Shown: piece after piece, positions 1-8,900 of the stretch
Numbering within the stretch: position 1 is the first letter of the stretch
How the letters are laid out: each line of letters begins with the position of its first letter
NCBI GenBank assembly: GCA_963701785.1
Contig: CAVPBC010000003.1
Span: forward strand, 320,271-384,270
From: an uncultured Bacteroidales bacterium
GTDB taxonomy: Bacteria > Bacteroidota > Bacteroidia > Bacteroidales > JAGOPY01
Length of the DNA stretch: 64,000 nucleotides
Reading direction: 5' to 3'
Notes under the pieces: generated by a model
The model's database searches: none
Told to the model about the DNA's origin: nothing
The model's input: the letters and a program-made list of their open reading frames with translations, nothing else
Program-made: the position numbers and the translations under genes

Positions 1-2
1 AC

Positions 3-311
3 CCGTGTACGATTGAGCTTGGCAGTAACTGGCGTGTTCCGACATCAACTGAATGGACTAATGTGGATGCAATTGGAGGATGGACTGACTGGAATGGCCC
101 ATGGAACTCTGCTTTAAAATTGCATGCAGCCGGGTACCTTAACTTCAGCGATGGTTCGCTCCAACTCAGGGGATCGAACGTTGGCTATTGGAGCAGTTCA
201 ATGATCACTAATACTTCTGGCTGGGACCTGTATTTCGGCAGTGGCAATTGTTTCGTGGACAACACCGACAAGGCATACGGATTAACTATCCGATGCCTTA
301 GAAACTTATAG
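3..311 (+). CDS. C-terminal part of a FISUMP-type (Fibrobacter succinogenes major paralogous domain) secreted protein; 5' end lies outside the window
   Basis: Frame is open from the window edge to TAG 309-311. Translation ...NWRVPTSTEWTNV...GYWSSS...AYGLTIRCLRNL shows the WR(V/L)PT..EW and G(L/F)x(I/V)RC hallmarks of this domain. Confidence 0.55.
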   Translation, partial: PCTIELGSNWRVPTSTEWTNVDAIGGWTDWNGPWNSALKLHAAGYLNFSDGSLQLRGSNVGYWSSSMITNTSGWDLYFGSGNCFVDNTDKAYGLTIRCLRNL

Positions 312-379
312 AATGATTTATTTTATTATTATTTGACCTTACCGGGGCCGACAGGCTCCTTGTTTCGCTCACAATTCCG

Positions 380-1237
380 TTATCCCGGGCGCAGCGAAGG
401 ATTTTCCTGCGGTTCAGCCTTATCTTCTTTAACATCCGGTGTGACTGTTTGCAGCTTTTCCTCGAGGAAATCCCTTAAAGCAGAGGGTTGAACATTCCGG
501 ATCAATTCACCGCCTTCAGAATAGGATATTTTGCCCGTTTGTTCTGAAACCACAATTGCTATCGCATCACTTTGCTCGGTGACCCCAACCGCTGCCCTGT
601 GCCGCAAACCTAAATTGGTAGTAAGTTTAGGGCTTTTAGAAATGGGCAGGATGCAACCGGCCGCTTCAATTTTATTATTGCTGATGATCACAGCCCCGTC
701 GTGCATGGGGCTGTTAGGGTAAAAAATACTCTCAAGCAACTCGACGGAGATGTGTGCCCGGAGAAACTGCCCTGTATCTTTTATTACTTTTAAATCATGC
801 TGCCTTGTTAAAATGATCAGGGCACCCTGCTTGTTATTTGACATTTTCTGACAGGCATGCACGATCTTATCAATATCGACAATGTAAGGATTGGATTCGG
901 TGAAATGCCAGAAAAGAAATCTGCGCCTCCGTCTCTGGATAAAATCAGGCTTGCCGATTGAAAGTAAAAATTGCCTGAGTTCGGGTTGAAAAATGATGAA
1001 GAGGGCGATGATCCCCACGCTGAAAAACGCACCAAGTATTTCCCGTAAAAGTTCCATCTGCAAGGCGTCGGTGACCCGCCAGATAAAAAACATGGCGACG
1101 ATGGCAAAGAACATATTGATGGATACCGATCCTTTCAGCAGGTTGTACAATTCATATAAAATGAAAGCAACCAGCAGGATGTCGATCACATCGAGCAGAC
1201 GGATATGGAATAAACCGGTGAGGAGTATGGCGATCAT
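380..1237 (-). CDS. cdaA: diadenylate cyclase CdaA (c-di-AMP synthase)
   Basis: N-terminal TM helices (MIAILLTGLF..DVIDILLVAFILYELYNLL) are followed by DAC-domain motifs (MHDGAVII, LGLRHRAAVGVTEQSDAIAIVVSEQTG). ATG 1237 was chosen because the in-frame residues upstream are the DHPS C-terminus. Confidence 0.85.
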   Translation of the reverse strand: MIAILLTGLFHIRLLDVIDILLVAFILYELYNLLKGSVSINMFFAIVAMFFIWRVTDALQMELLREILGAFFSVGIIALFIIFQPELRQFLLSIGKPDFIQRRRRRFLFWHFTESNPYIVDIDKIVHACQKMSNNKQGALIILTRQHDLKVIKDTGQFLRAHISVELLESIFYPNSPMHDGAVIISNNKIEAAGCILPISKSPKLTTNLGLRHRAAVGVTEQSDAIAIVVSEQTGKISYSEGGELIRNVQPSALRDFLEEKLQTVTPDVKEDKAEPQENPSLRPG

Positions 1238-2178
1238 TTTGAATGGCACAAAATTAGCAAAATTAACTAATCGAATAGCCTCCATAGCTTCCTTCACATC
1301 ATGCACCCTCAGAATCGAAGCTCCTTTCAGCAGGGCTATGGTGTTTAAAACGGTCGTTCCGTTCAGGGCTTCATCGGGTTTTATATTTAAAACACGGTTG
1401 ATCATGGATTTTCTTGAAAGGCCTGCCAGGACTGGATATCCGGAGGCTGACAAGACATTCAACTTATCCAGCAGCTCGTAAGTTGTGTTGTAAGGTTTTA
1501 CCAAAGCCAAACCCCGGATCAATGATGATCTGGCTGTGCCCTGACTTTTCCAGTTTGCCTGCCTGCTGCAGTGAGAAAGCCAAAGACATCTTTCACAACA
1601 TCATCATAAACCGGATTAACCTGCATGTTGGCCGGGGTGCCCTGGATATGCATAATGACATATGGAATGTGAAGATGCACGATTGCAGAAAGCATATCCG
1701 GATCCAATGTCCCGCCGGAGATATCATTGATCATGTCAGCCCCTTCCCCGGCTGCAATCCTGGCAATTTCAGCACGGTAAGTATCAATCGAAATAATTAT
1801 TTCAGGGTAATTTTTCCGGATCTTCTTTCAAAACAGGTAATCAACCTCCTTTTCTCTTCTTCCACACTAACTTCCTTTGCTCCCGGCCTCGTGGAAACCG
1901 CACCGATATCAATGATATAAGCACCTTCACTCAGCCATTTCAGCAGCTTTAGTTGTCCAGGCCCCGGCCTCACCCCCTTTGACCCCCTGCCCCCTATTCC
2001 CCCTCTCCATATTGGAGAGGGGGCCAGGGGGTGAGGGGCTGAATCCATCATAGAAGCTGTCCGGCGTAACATTCAATATCCCCATCACCCTTGGTGTGGT
2101 AAGGTCAATCTTCTTGCCGTTAAATTCAAAAATCCTCTTTGGTGAAAAAAATGTATTTTTATCGCTCTTTTTATCCAT
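1238..2178 (-). pseudogene. folP: dihydropteroate synthase (folP), split over four frames and carrying a 73-nt palindromic element; it may be intact in reality if the indels are assembly errors
   Basis: DHPS blocks GILNVTPDSFYDG, LSEGAYIIDIGAVSTRPGAKEVSVEEE, IIISIDTYRAEIARIAAGEGADMINDISGG, IIIDPGFGFGKT and ASILRVHDVKEAMEAI all occur in order but in different frames, with breaks near 2000, 1795, 1583 and 1500. Confidence 0.8.
1967..2039. repeat. GC-rich palindromic element, copy inside folP
   Basis: gcctcaccccc...ccccctctccatattggagaggggg...gggggtgaggggc. Its reverse complement is about 93% identical by eye to 30469-30538. Confidence 0.85.
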
Positions 2179-2216
2179 ACTTAATTTAGACTGTTTCATT
2201 TGCGAAGATACTAGAA

Positions 2217-2784
2217 ATGATGACTGAGACATCCCGGCAATTCGAACAGGCCATAGCCATGTGCAAAGAAGTGTTCATGAATAAGATGAAGGATTATGGC
2301 AGTTCCTGGAGAATCCTGAGAACATCTTCCCTGACCGACCAGATCTATATCAAGGCAAACCGGATCAGGAGCATTGAGCAGAAAGGGGTTCAAAAGATCG
2401 ATGAAGGTATCCGGACTGGAATTTATCGGCATCGTAAATTATTCCGTCATAGCCCTTGATCCAGCTGGAACTGGGAGAATATACGGCCTGGAACTGGACA
2501 AGGATGCAGAGACGGAAAAGCTTTACGATAAGAATATCCGCAGCGCCCGGGACCTGATGGAAAATAAAAACCATGATTATGATGAAGCCTGGCGCAATAT
2601 GCGGGTTAGTTCCTATACCGATATTATCCTCATGAAACTCATGCGGATCAAGCAAATTGAAGATAAAGAAGGGGAGACGCTGGTTTCGGAAGGGGTTGAC
2701 GCCAATTACCGGGATATTATTAATTATGCTTTATTTGCTTTAATTAAAATTGAATATTATCGAAAATTTGAAATTAGAAATTAG
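2217..2784 (+). pseudogene. DUF1599 family protein, one apparent frameshift near 2410-2430
   Basis: Two ORFs (2217-2459 and 2374-2784) together give the duplicated DYG..W(R)....L.DQI.IK..RI pattern of DUF1599. The gene is divergent from folP. Confidence 0.65.
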
Positions 2785-2883
2785 AAATTCAGAACCAGAT
2801 AACCAGAGAACTCAGAACACGAATGAAAATATCGCAAACATCTCCGGATACTCGTAGCCCTCGTTTTCATTTTCTCCGGGTTT

Positions 2884-3930
2884 GTGAAAGGCGTTGATCC
2901 GCTCGGCACTGCTTACCGGATCGAAGATTATTTCATCGCTTTTGGCACCGATTGGGCTAATCCGCTTTCTCTTTTCCTTTCCATTTTCCTTTGCACAGTC
3001 GAATTTACCCTGGGTGTTGCCCTGTTGCTCAATCTCCGTCTGAAGTACCTGTCATGGCCCTTGCTGCTGATGATGGTCTTTTTCACTGTTCTTACCCTGA
3101 ATGATGCCATCTATAATCCGGTACCCGATTGCGGTTGCTTCGGTGATGCCCTGAAACTGACCAACTGGGAGACATTTTATAAAAACGTTGTCCTGATTAT
3201 CCTGGTTGTGATCATTTTTTTATACAGGAGAAAATTCCAGTCCATGTTTTTGCCGGGGATTGATAATCTGGCTGTAATCATTATTTTCACCGGGTTTGCT
3301 TTTTTCTCGATTTACCAGTACCGTCATTTGCCCTGGATCGATTTCCTGGGCTGGAAAACGGGCACCGACCTGGTCCCCGATAATCCTGGACAGGCAAAGA
3401 TATACCTGACTTACAGGAATAAACTTACCGGTGAAGAGAAAGAATATCTATCCCCAAATTATCCCTGGAATGACAGCGCCTGGGTGGCGGAATGGGAATT
3501 TGCAAATCAGAGGATTGATGATTCAGGCGTGATAAAAGGCCATTCCCTGAAAATTTTTGATACCGAAGGAAATGATTTCACCGAAGTTTTTGTCAACAAC
3601 CCGGGTTTCCAGTTCCTCGTTGTATCGTATAGTCTTGATGCTGCTTCCCGCAAGGGATTTGAGAAGATCGACAGGCTGTATGATGATATCCTTCATGATG
3701 GTCATTCTTTAGTTGTGCTGACCGGCAGCCTGGATGACGAGATACAATCCTTCCGGCAGGGACTCCATCCCGAACTCGAATTTTATCATGCTGATGATAT
3801 TGAATTGAAGATGATGAACAGGGCAAATCCCGGGTTGATCCTGCTGAAAGATGGCGTGGTGATGGGGAAATGGCACTGGCGTGATCTTCCGGATTATGAC
3901 GAATTGAAGGAAGAATTTCCCGGGTTATAG
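2884..3930 (+). CDS. MauE/DoxX-like membrane domain (CGCFG motif) fused to a thioredoxin-fold domain (BT_3928-like). The true start is probably ATG 2823, joined by a 1-nt indel.
   Basis: Translation has FSGFVKGVDPLGTAYRIEDYF, several TM helices and PDCGCFGD. Upstream, ATG 2823 (MKISQ..) is in the adjacent frame, and the residues LRILVALVFIFSGF continue the 2884 frame. Confidence 0.55.
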   Translation: MKGVDPLGTAYRIEDYFIAFGTDWANPLSLFLSIFLCTVEFTLGVALLLNLRLKYLSWPLLLMMVFFTVLTLNDAIYNPVPDCGCFGDALKLTNWETFYKNVVLIILVVIIFLYRRKFQSMFLPGIDNLAVIIIFTGFAFFSIYQYRHLPWIDFLGWKTGTDLVPDNPGQAKIYLTYRNKLTGEEKEYLSPNYPWNDSAWVAEWEFANQRIDDSGVIKGHSLKIFDTEGNDFTEVFVNNPGFQFLVVSYSLDAASRKGFEKIDRLYDDILHDGHSLVVLTGSLDDEIQSFRQGLHPELEFYHADDIELKMMNRANPGLILLKDGVVMGKWHWRDLPDYDELKEEFPGL

Positions 3931-3932
3931 CT

Positions 3933-5012
3933 ATGCCGGCATTTGTTATAAAACGATTATTTTACGGCCTTCTGGTTCTTTTCGGAGTCATTACCCTGGT
4001 TTTCGTCCTTTTTAATATACTTCCCGGCGACCCGGCCAGGATGATGCTTGGTCAGAGGGCGGATATTTCCTCGGTAGAAGCTATCCATAAAGACCTTGGC
4101 CTCGATAAACCGCTTCTTACCCAATACTTTAATTTCCTTAACGATCTGTCGCCGGTTTCTATGCATAACAATAAGGACCCGGAAAGTTACTGGTACCTCA
4201 ACCCGGAGAAATATTCACCTTACCTGAAGATGTTCAGTATTAAAAATTCCAGCCTGGTATTAAAGATGCCCTATCTCCGGAAATCTTATCAAACTAAAAG
4301 GGAAGTGGCGGAAGTCATAGCCGAAGCATTTCCCAAAACCCTGATGCTGGCGGCAGTTTCGATGGCCTTTGCTATGATTATCGGCGTAACTATAGGTATT
4401 TTCAGCGCTTTATACAAAGATGGCATCTTTGACAGGGTGGCCATGGTACTCTCTGTCCTGGGCATGTCGCTTCCTTCTTTTTTTGCCGCGATCATCATTG
4501 CCTGGGTATTTGCCTTCCTGCTTTCCGATTTTACCGGCCTGAACATGACCGGAAGCTTATACACGGTCGATGATTTCGGCAGGGGAGAATACATCAGCCT
4601 GAAAAATCTCATCCTTCCCGCCTTCACACTGGGGATCCGTCCGCTGGGCGTGATTGTCGAACTGACACGCAGCACCATGCTTGACGTGATGTCGCAGGAT
4701 TATATCCGCACCGCCCGTGCCAAGGGCCTCAGTGAATTCCGGGTGGTTACCCGCCATGCTTTGAAAAATGCGCTAAATCCAGTCGTTACTGCCGTCTCAG
4801 GATGGTTTGCCTCCCTGATGGCCGGGGCGGTCTTCGTAGAATATGTTTTCGACTGGAAAGGGATTGGCGTGGTCATCGTCGATGCACTCGAGAAATACGA
4901 TTTCCCCGTGATCATGGGGACGGTGCTGTTCATTTCTGTGATCCTTATCATTATTAATATTCTTACGGATATTTCTTATGCGCTGCTAGATCCCAGGGTC
5001 GGGCTGGAGTAA
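3933..5012 (+). CDS. ABC transporter permease, oligopeptide/dipeptide (OppB/DppB) type
   Basis: N-terminus FVIKRLFYGLLVLFGVITLVFVLFNILPGDPARMMLG and an EAA-loop region DYIRTARAKGLSE... No partner ATPase or binding protein is adjacent. Confidence 0.8.
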   Translation: MPAFVIKRLFYGLLVLFGVITLVFVLFNILPGDPARMMLGQRADISSVEAIHKDLGLDKPLLTQYFNFLNDLSPVSMHNNKDPESYWYLNPEKYSPYLKMFSIKNSSLVLKMPYLRKSYQTKREVAEVIAEAFPKTLMLAAVSMAFAMIIGVTIGIFSALYKDGIFDRVAMVLSVLGMSLPSFFAAIIIAWVFAFLLSDFTGLNMTGSLYTVDDFGRGEYISLKNLILPAFTLGIRPLGVIVELTRSTMLDVMSQDYIRTARAKGLSEFRVVTRHALKNALNPVVTAVSGWFASLMAGAVFVEYVFDWKGIGVVIVDALEKYDFPVIMGTVLFISVILIIINILTDISYALLDPRVGLE

Positions 5013-5026
5013 GAGGTCGGAGGTCA

Positions 5027-5169
5027 CCCCGCTTCCCCGCCTCCTCCCTGAATTCCACCAAAATAAATGTTGGCTAAATTCCGCCATGTCTTTCCTTTAA
5101 AGCCATAATACCTTTGTTTTATTAAACACTTAACATTAAACACTTAACATTTAAAAAACGGAGGTTATT
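5027..5169 (+). repeat. conserved leader/promoter module, copy 1 (paralogous to 8901-9051)
   Basis: About 90% identical by eye to copy 2. It includes tacctttg, the tandem aaacacttaaca words and GGAGG 7 nt before the ATG. Confidence 0.85.
5109..5116 (+). promoter_or_regulatory. putative Bacteroidota -7 box (TAnnTTTG)
   Basis: tacctttg lies 54 nt upstream of ATG 5170 and is conserved in the paralogous leader at 8991-8998. Confidence 0.4.
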
Positions 5170-5508
5170 ATGAAAACTCTAAAATTAGCTTTGGTCGCAA
5201 TTTTTGTTGCCTTTTTGATGACCGGTGCATCTTATGCCGATGGATTCAGGTCAAATCCCAATTTCAAGAAAGTTATTAATGTGACCCTGGACCAGGCTGT
5301 TCAGAATCCCGGGCTGGTGCAGGCTATTTATCAGCAGGTCTATGAAGCGGCCGTCTTTGATCTTCATCAGTACAATTTTGCTCCCCTGGTCGTTTACCAG
5401 AAGAATACCTACCGGATCATAGGTGACACTGACCAGTGGAGGCGGTTTTTCAGGATGAAAGGCATTTCGCCGCCGGTAAAGAAATCCAAAGCTGTAGTGA
5501 TTGATTAG
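5170..5508 (+). CDS. small secreted protein of unknown function (paralog of 9052-9387)
   Basis: Has a signal peptide (MKTLKLALVAIFVAFLMTGASYA). It shares ADGF..P.FK...TL..A...PGLV.A.YQQ...YRI.G..DQW.RFF.M.G with the paralog. Confidence 0.7.
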   Translation: MKTLKLALVAIFVAFLMTGASYADGFRSNPNFKKVINVTLDQAVQNPGLVQAIYQQVYEAAVFDLHQYNFAPLVVYQKNTYRIIGDTDQWRRFFRMKGISPPVKKSKAVVID

Positions 5509-5713
5509 TTTGCAATAGCCTTAATAAATGGAGAGGTCGTCTCTGATAAGGGGGATGTCCTCTTTTTTTTTGACTATCAATTATGATCAGCATACGTCAG
5601 ACGAAAATTAAAAATTAAAAATTAGAAATTAAAATATGGAATATGAAAAATGCAACATGCAAAATGAAAAATAAATGATACTTGTTCAAAGATAAATGCT
5701 CAATCGGATAACA

Positions 5714-5890
5714 TCATAAGGATGGCTGCACTTCTTCAAGGATCAGGTTCAGGGCATCTTTTAGGTTGGATAATAGTTCCTTGACGGTTTTTCCTTGCGA
5801 CAGCACTTCAGGCATTTCTTCCAGTTGGCCGACATACCAACCGTCGTCGCTTTTTTCTATAATTGCCGTCAAAGTGAAAGTAGGCTTCAT
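5714..5890 (-). CDS. HicB-like (UPF0150) antitoxin-family protein, 58 aa, with no adjacent HicA
   Basis: Hand translation gives MKPTFTLTAIIEKSDDGWYVGQLEEMPEVLSQGKTVKELLSNLKDALNLILEEVQPSL. It falls below the 60-aa cutoff of the ORF track. tatttttg lies 18 nt upstream. Confidence 0.6.
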   Translation of the reverse strand: MKPTFTLTAIIEKSDDGWYVGQLEEMPEVLSQGKTVKELLSNLKDALNLILEEVQPSL

Positions 5891-5908
5891 GATAGTTTTA
5901 GATTTCTA

Positions 5909-5916
5909 CAAAAATA
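5909..5916 (-). promoter_or_regulatory. putative -7 box (TAnnTTTG) for the HicB-like gene
   Basis: The reverse complement reads tatttttg, ending 18 nt before ATG 5890. Confidence 0.4.
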
Positions 5917-5933
5917 GTGATAAAATTTTTTAC

Positions 5934-6006
5934 CACATAGACACATAGAACACATAGAAGGCACTATAGATCTATGTGTTTTCTATGTGTCCTATGTACC
6001 TATGTG
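5934..6006. repeat. cacatag-word hairpin (family with 35498-35574 and 56093-56139)
   Basis: cacatag repeated 3 times, then its inverted copies ctatgtg around the centre atagatctat. It lies directly after the MmeI-like stop, in terminator position. Confidence 0.8.
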
Positions 6007-6037
6007 TTTAATCGGGGGCCATTAAGATCAAGTTGGC

Positions 6038-8842
6038 TTATAAGTTAATTTTCTTCATTTTCTCATTACTGAATAAACCGGATACATACTTCTCATAAAG
6101 ATCAAAAAGATACTCGATCCGCTTGGTTTCATTGAGGAATGGCTGCGGGCGGTAGCACAGATCCACGGCTTTATCCAGTTCCTGGTGGGCTTTTACCAGC
6201 GCGGGCGGCATGGTCAGCGGATCATACAGATCGGCCAGGCTGCTGCCGGGAAATTGCGCCCGGGTATCCAGTACCTTCTGCGCCGCCTTTTCGACCGTAT
6301 CTTTTTGCTTCTCCGTTGGATTCTCCGGCCAGGGGTAGTTGTTGTATACAGCTGGCGAGTAACTTATATCGCTTTTTAATCTTCCGGAAACATATTTGGT
6401 CCAGACCATATGCATTAAACTGGTAAGTATACCAAAAATAAAATAATCAGCATTTGGTAAAATAATCAGTTTTTCGTGTGCAATTATTTCTGGAGACAAA
6501 AAAGCCATTGGTATATAAACTCTATTTTCCGAGGAAACTCTCGGAATTGCTAAATATTCTATAACTGGTTGCCGATCTTGAGTAAATAAATATGGATATT
6601 TTGCAAATTCTCTGACACTTTGAGTTGCACTGTTTAATCTTGCCTCACGAACTCTTTCCAATCGATCTTTAATTATATGAAAATTACGTAAAACTTCTGG
6701 AGGACAATTTTTAAGCCACAAGCAATATCTGACAGAGCCATTAATCAATTCCTCGCCGCCAATAAATGGTTTAATCCATTTTTCAATATTTGGTTCGGCT
6801 TTAATCAGCTTTTCTTTTTCGACTGTCGTTAATATAAGATGACCTCCATCCGTTGGTTGACTTCCTTTAAATAAGGGTGGATATGAATGAATCGGATTGT
6901 TCCTGGAATCAATTATAAGATCTTTTCCTTCAGTCAAATAAGGATTTATATTTTTAACTTTTATTTCATTTGGTTCACCTTTTATATTTTCATAATCATA
7001 AATTACTTTTTCTGATATATCGAAATTTGAAAATCCAATAATGACAACATGAACCGTGGCTTTGCCCCTTGCTTCATTACTCCATTTAAAGGTTCGATGG
7101 GCAAAATGAATTTTTATCTTAAATTGGTTAAAAAGTTCACTCCATAATATCCCCACTTGTTCGCCTTGTGAGATAGAATTGGTAGAGACGAACGCAACAC
7201 GGGTTGGCACTTCACTAAAATTTCTTTCATTGATTAACCTGAATTCAGGAGGATTTTGATTTATAAGGTATTGAGCAGTTTTTATATACCATGCTGTTAC
7301 ATAATCCAATCTGCCTGCACGTTTCGCATCTCCAAAAACCATTGCCATATCCGTCATTTGATTCTCATTTCTCCATTGGTGACCAATAAACGGCGGATTC
7401 CCATAAATATAATCGAACCTTTGCTCTTTTTTCTCCCATGGGATCGGGTCGATAAGGCTTTGCCAGTCCATCCGCAGCGCATTGCCCCGGACAATATTGG
7501 GCCGTTTGGTCAAAGGCAACCTGATATAATACTCGCCGAATTCTTCGCTCACCCGCAGGTTCATCTGGTGGTCGGTAAGCCACATGCCAACCTGGGCGAT
7601 CTGGGAAGGAAATTCCTCTATTTCAATCCCGTAAAACCTGTCGACATTCAGCTTCAGGCGCTCGGCAATGTCGATCATCTGCTGGCCTTTCTGAAGCGTT
7701 TTGATGATCTCCAGCTCCAGCAACCGAAGCTCACGGTAGGAGATCACCAGGAAATTGCCACAACCGCATGCCGGATCGAGAAACCGCAGCAGGGAGATCT
7801 TTTCATGGAACTGAAGCAGCCTGTTGCGGCTGTCTTTAACGGTTTCAAACTCTTTCCACAGATCATCCAGGAAAAGCGGCTTTATGACTTTCAGGATATT
7901 TTTTTCAGACGTATAGTGGGCACCCAGGTTACGGCGTGCCTGTGGATCCATCACGCTTTGAAACAAAGAACCGAAGATGGCCGGCGAGATCTTGCCCCAG
8001 TTCAGCCCGCAACATTCCAGTAAAATATTCCGCATATTGCTGTCGAATGCAGCTGGCGGAAGCGGTTCTTCGAACAACTTGCCGTTAACATAAGGAAACA
8101 ACGACAGGTCTTCGTCGAGATTTCTCAACCGGTGGTCTTTAGCCTGGTTCAGGATATAGAACAATTCCCCGAGCCTGGCGCCGAGGTCGCTTCCATCTTC
8201 ATTAGTCCTGTTTTTAATGAAAGTATGAAAATGATCCCGCTCGAAAATGCTCGTATCATCAGCGAAAAGGCAAAATAATAGCCTGACAAGGTAGAGTTCC
8301 AGTGGATGTCCCTCATAGCCAACCTCTTTGAGCTTATCGTGCAATTTGCCCATCAGCTCGGCAGCGCGGATATTTACGGGATCTTCATCTTTAAAAACCT
8401 GCTTCTGGTACCCCGCAATAAAACCGAATTCTTTGATGTTCCTGTAAAAATCCTTCAGCTCAAATTCAACCTGGCGGTCTTCATCTAGGTCATATAAACG
8501 GAAGCGCGCAAAATCGGATACAAGCACATATTTAGGAAGTTCATAATCTTTCAGCCCCGGAAAATAATCCAGCGCCTGTTTGTAGGCTTTTTCCAGGTTT
8601 TTTCCCCTTGATTTATGTTCGACAAGAATAGTACCTTTCCAGAGCAAATCAATATAGCCGGTTGATTCGTCCAGCTTTTTTACCGGTTTTTCAAAAGTGG
8701 CGATCAGCCTTCGCGAAACGCCGAATACATTGAAAAAAGCATCCCAGAAAGATTTCGCTTCCGCATCTTCACTGGTTTCATTTTCCCATTCTTTTGAAAA
8801 GGCAACAGCTCTGGAGCGGATTTCATTCCATGAAAGGGCCAT
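6038..8842 (-). CDS. MmeI-family type IIL restriction-modification enzyme (endonuclease + N6-adenine methyltransferase + target recognition in one polypeptide)
   Basis: The N-terminus MALSWNEIRSRAVAFSKEWE...IDLLWKGTILVEHKSRGKNLEKAYKQALDYF closely follows MmeI as I recall it (D..EXK nuclease). Also has SAM motif FLDPACGCGNFLV, catalytic GNPPFIG and the conserved tail LADLYDP.TMP..L.KAH..LD. Confidence 0.85.
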   Translation of the reverse strand: MALSWNEIRSRAVAFSKEWENETSEDAEAKSFWDAFFNVFGVSRRLIATFEKPVKKLDESTGYIDLLWKGTILVEHKSRGKNLEKAYKQALDYFPGLKDYELPKYVLVSDFARFRLYDLDEDRQVEFELKDFYRNIKEFGFIAGYQKQVFKDEDPVNIRAAELMGKLHDKLKEVGYEGHPLELYLVRLLFCLFADDTSIFERDHFHTFIKNRTNEDGSDLGARLGELFYILNQAKDHRLRNLDEDLSLFPYVNGKLFEEPLPPAAFDSNMRNILLECCGLNWGKISPAIFGSLFQSVMDPQARRNLGAHYTSEKNILKVIKPLFLDDLWKEFETVKDSRNRLLQFHEKISLLRFLDPACGCGNFLVISYRELRLLELEIIKTLQKGQQMIDIAERLKLNVDRFYGIEIEEFPSQIAQVGMWLTDHQMNLRVSEEFGEYYIRLPLTKRPNIVRGNALRMDWQSLIDPIPWEKKEQRFDYIYGNPPFIGHQWRNENQMTDMAMVFGDAKRAGRLDYVTAWYIKTAQYLINQNPPEFRLINERNFSEVPTRVAFVSTNSISQGEQVGILWSELFNQFKIKIHFAHRTFKWSNEARGKATVHVVIIGFSNFDISEKVIYDYENIKGEPNEIKVKNINPYLTEGKDLIIDSRNNPIHSYPPLFKGSQPTDGGHLILTTVEKEKLIKAEPNIEKWIKPFIGGEELINGSVRYCLWLKNCPPEVLRNFHIIKDRLERVREARLNSATQSVREFAKYPYLFTQDRQPVIEYLAIPRVSSENRVYIPMAFLSPEIIAHEKLIILPNADYFIFGILTSLMHMVWTKYVSGRLKSDISYSPAVYNNYPWPENPTEKQKDTVEKAAQKVLDTRAQFPGSSLADLYDPLTMPPALVKAHQELDKAVDLCYRPQPFLNETKRIEYLFDLYEKYVSGLFSNEKMKKINL

Positions 8843-8900
8843 CAGGTATATTGTTTTGTCAAATGTAGGAAAGATTTAGATAGAGTCGTCAGCCGTTTTT

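Noticed and set aside
5766-5948. A 60-aa plus-strand ORF from the track
   Set aside because: It is antisense to the better-supported HicB-like ORF (5714-5890, minus), which has a family-typical sequence and a promoter box.
7256-8023. A 255-aa plus-strand ORF inside the MmeI-like gene, with similar antisense ORFs such as 16692-17216 in dnaN, 29963-30475 in the DjlA-like gene and 12213-12614 in the 1494-aa gene
   Set aside because: Each is antisense to a confidently identified gene, has no recognisable motifs, and has low-complexity composition typical of shadow ORFs.
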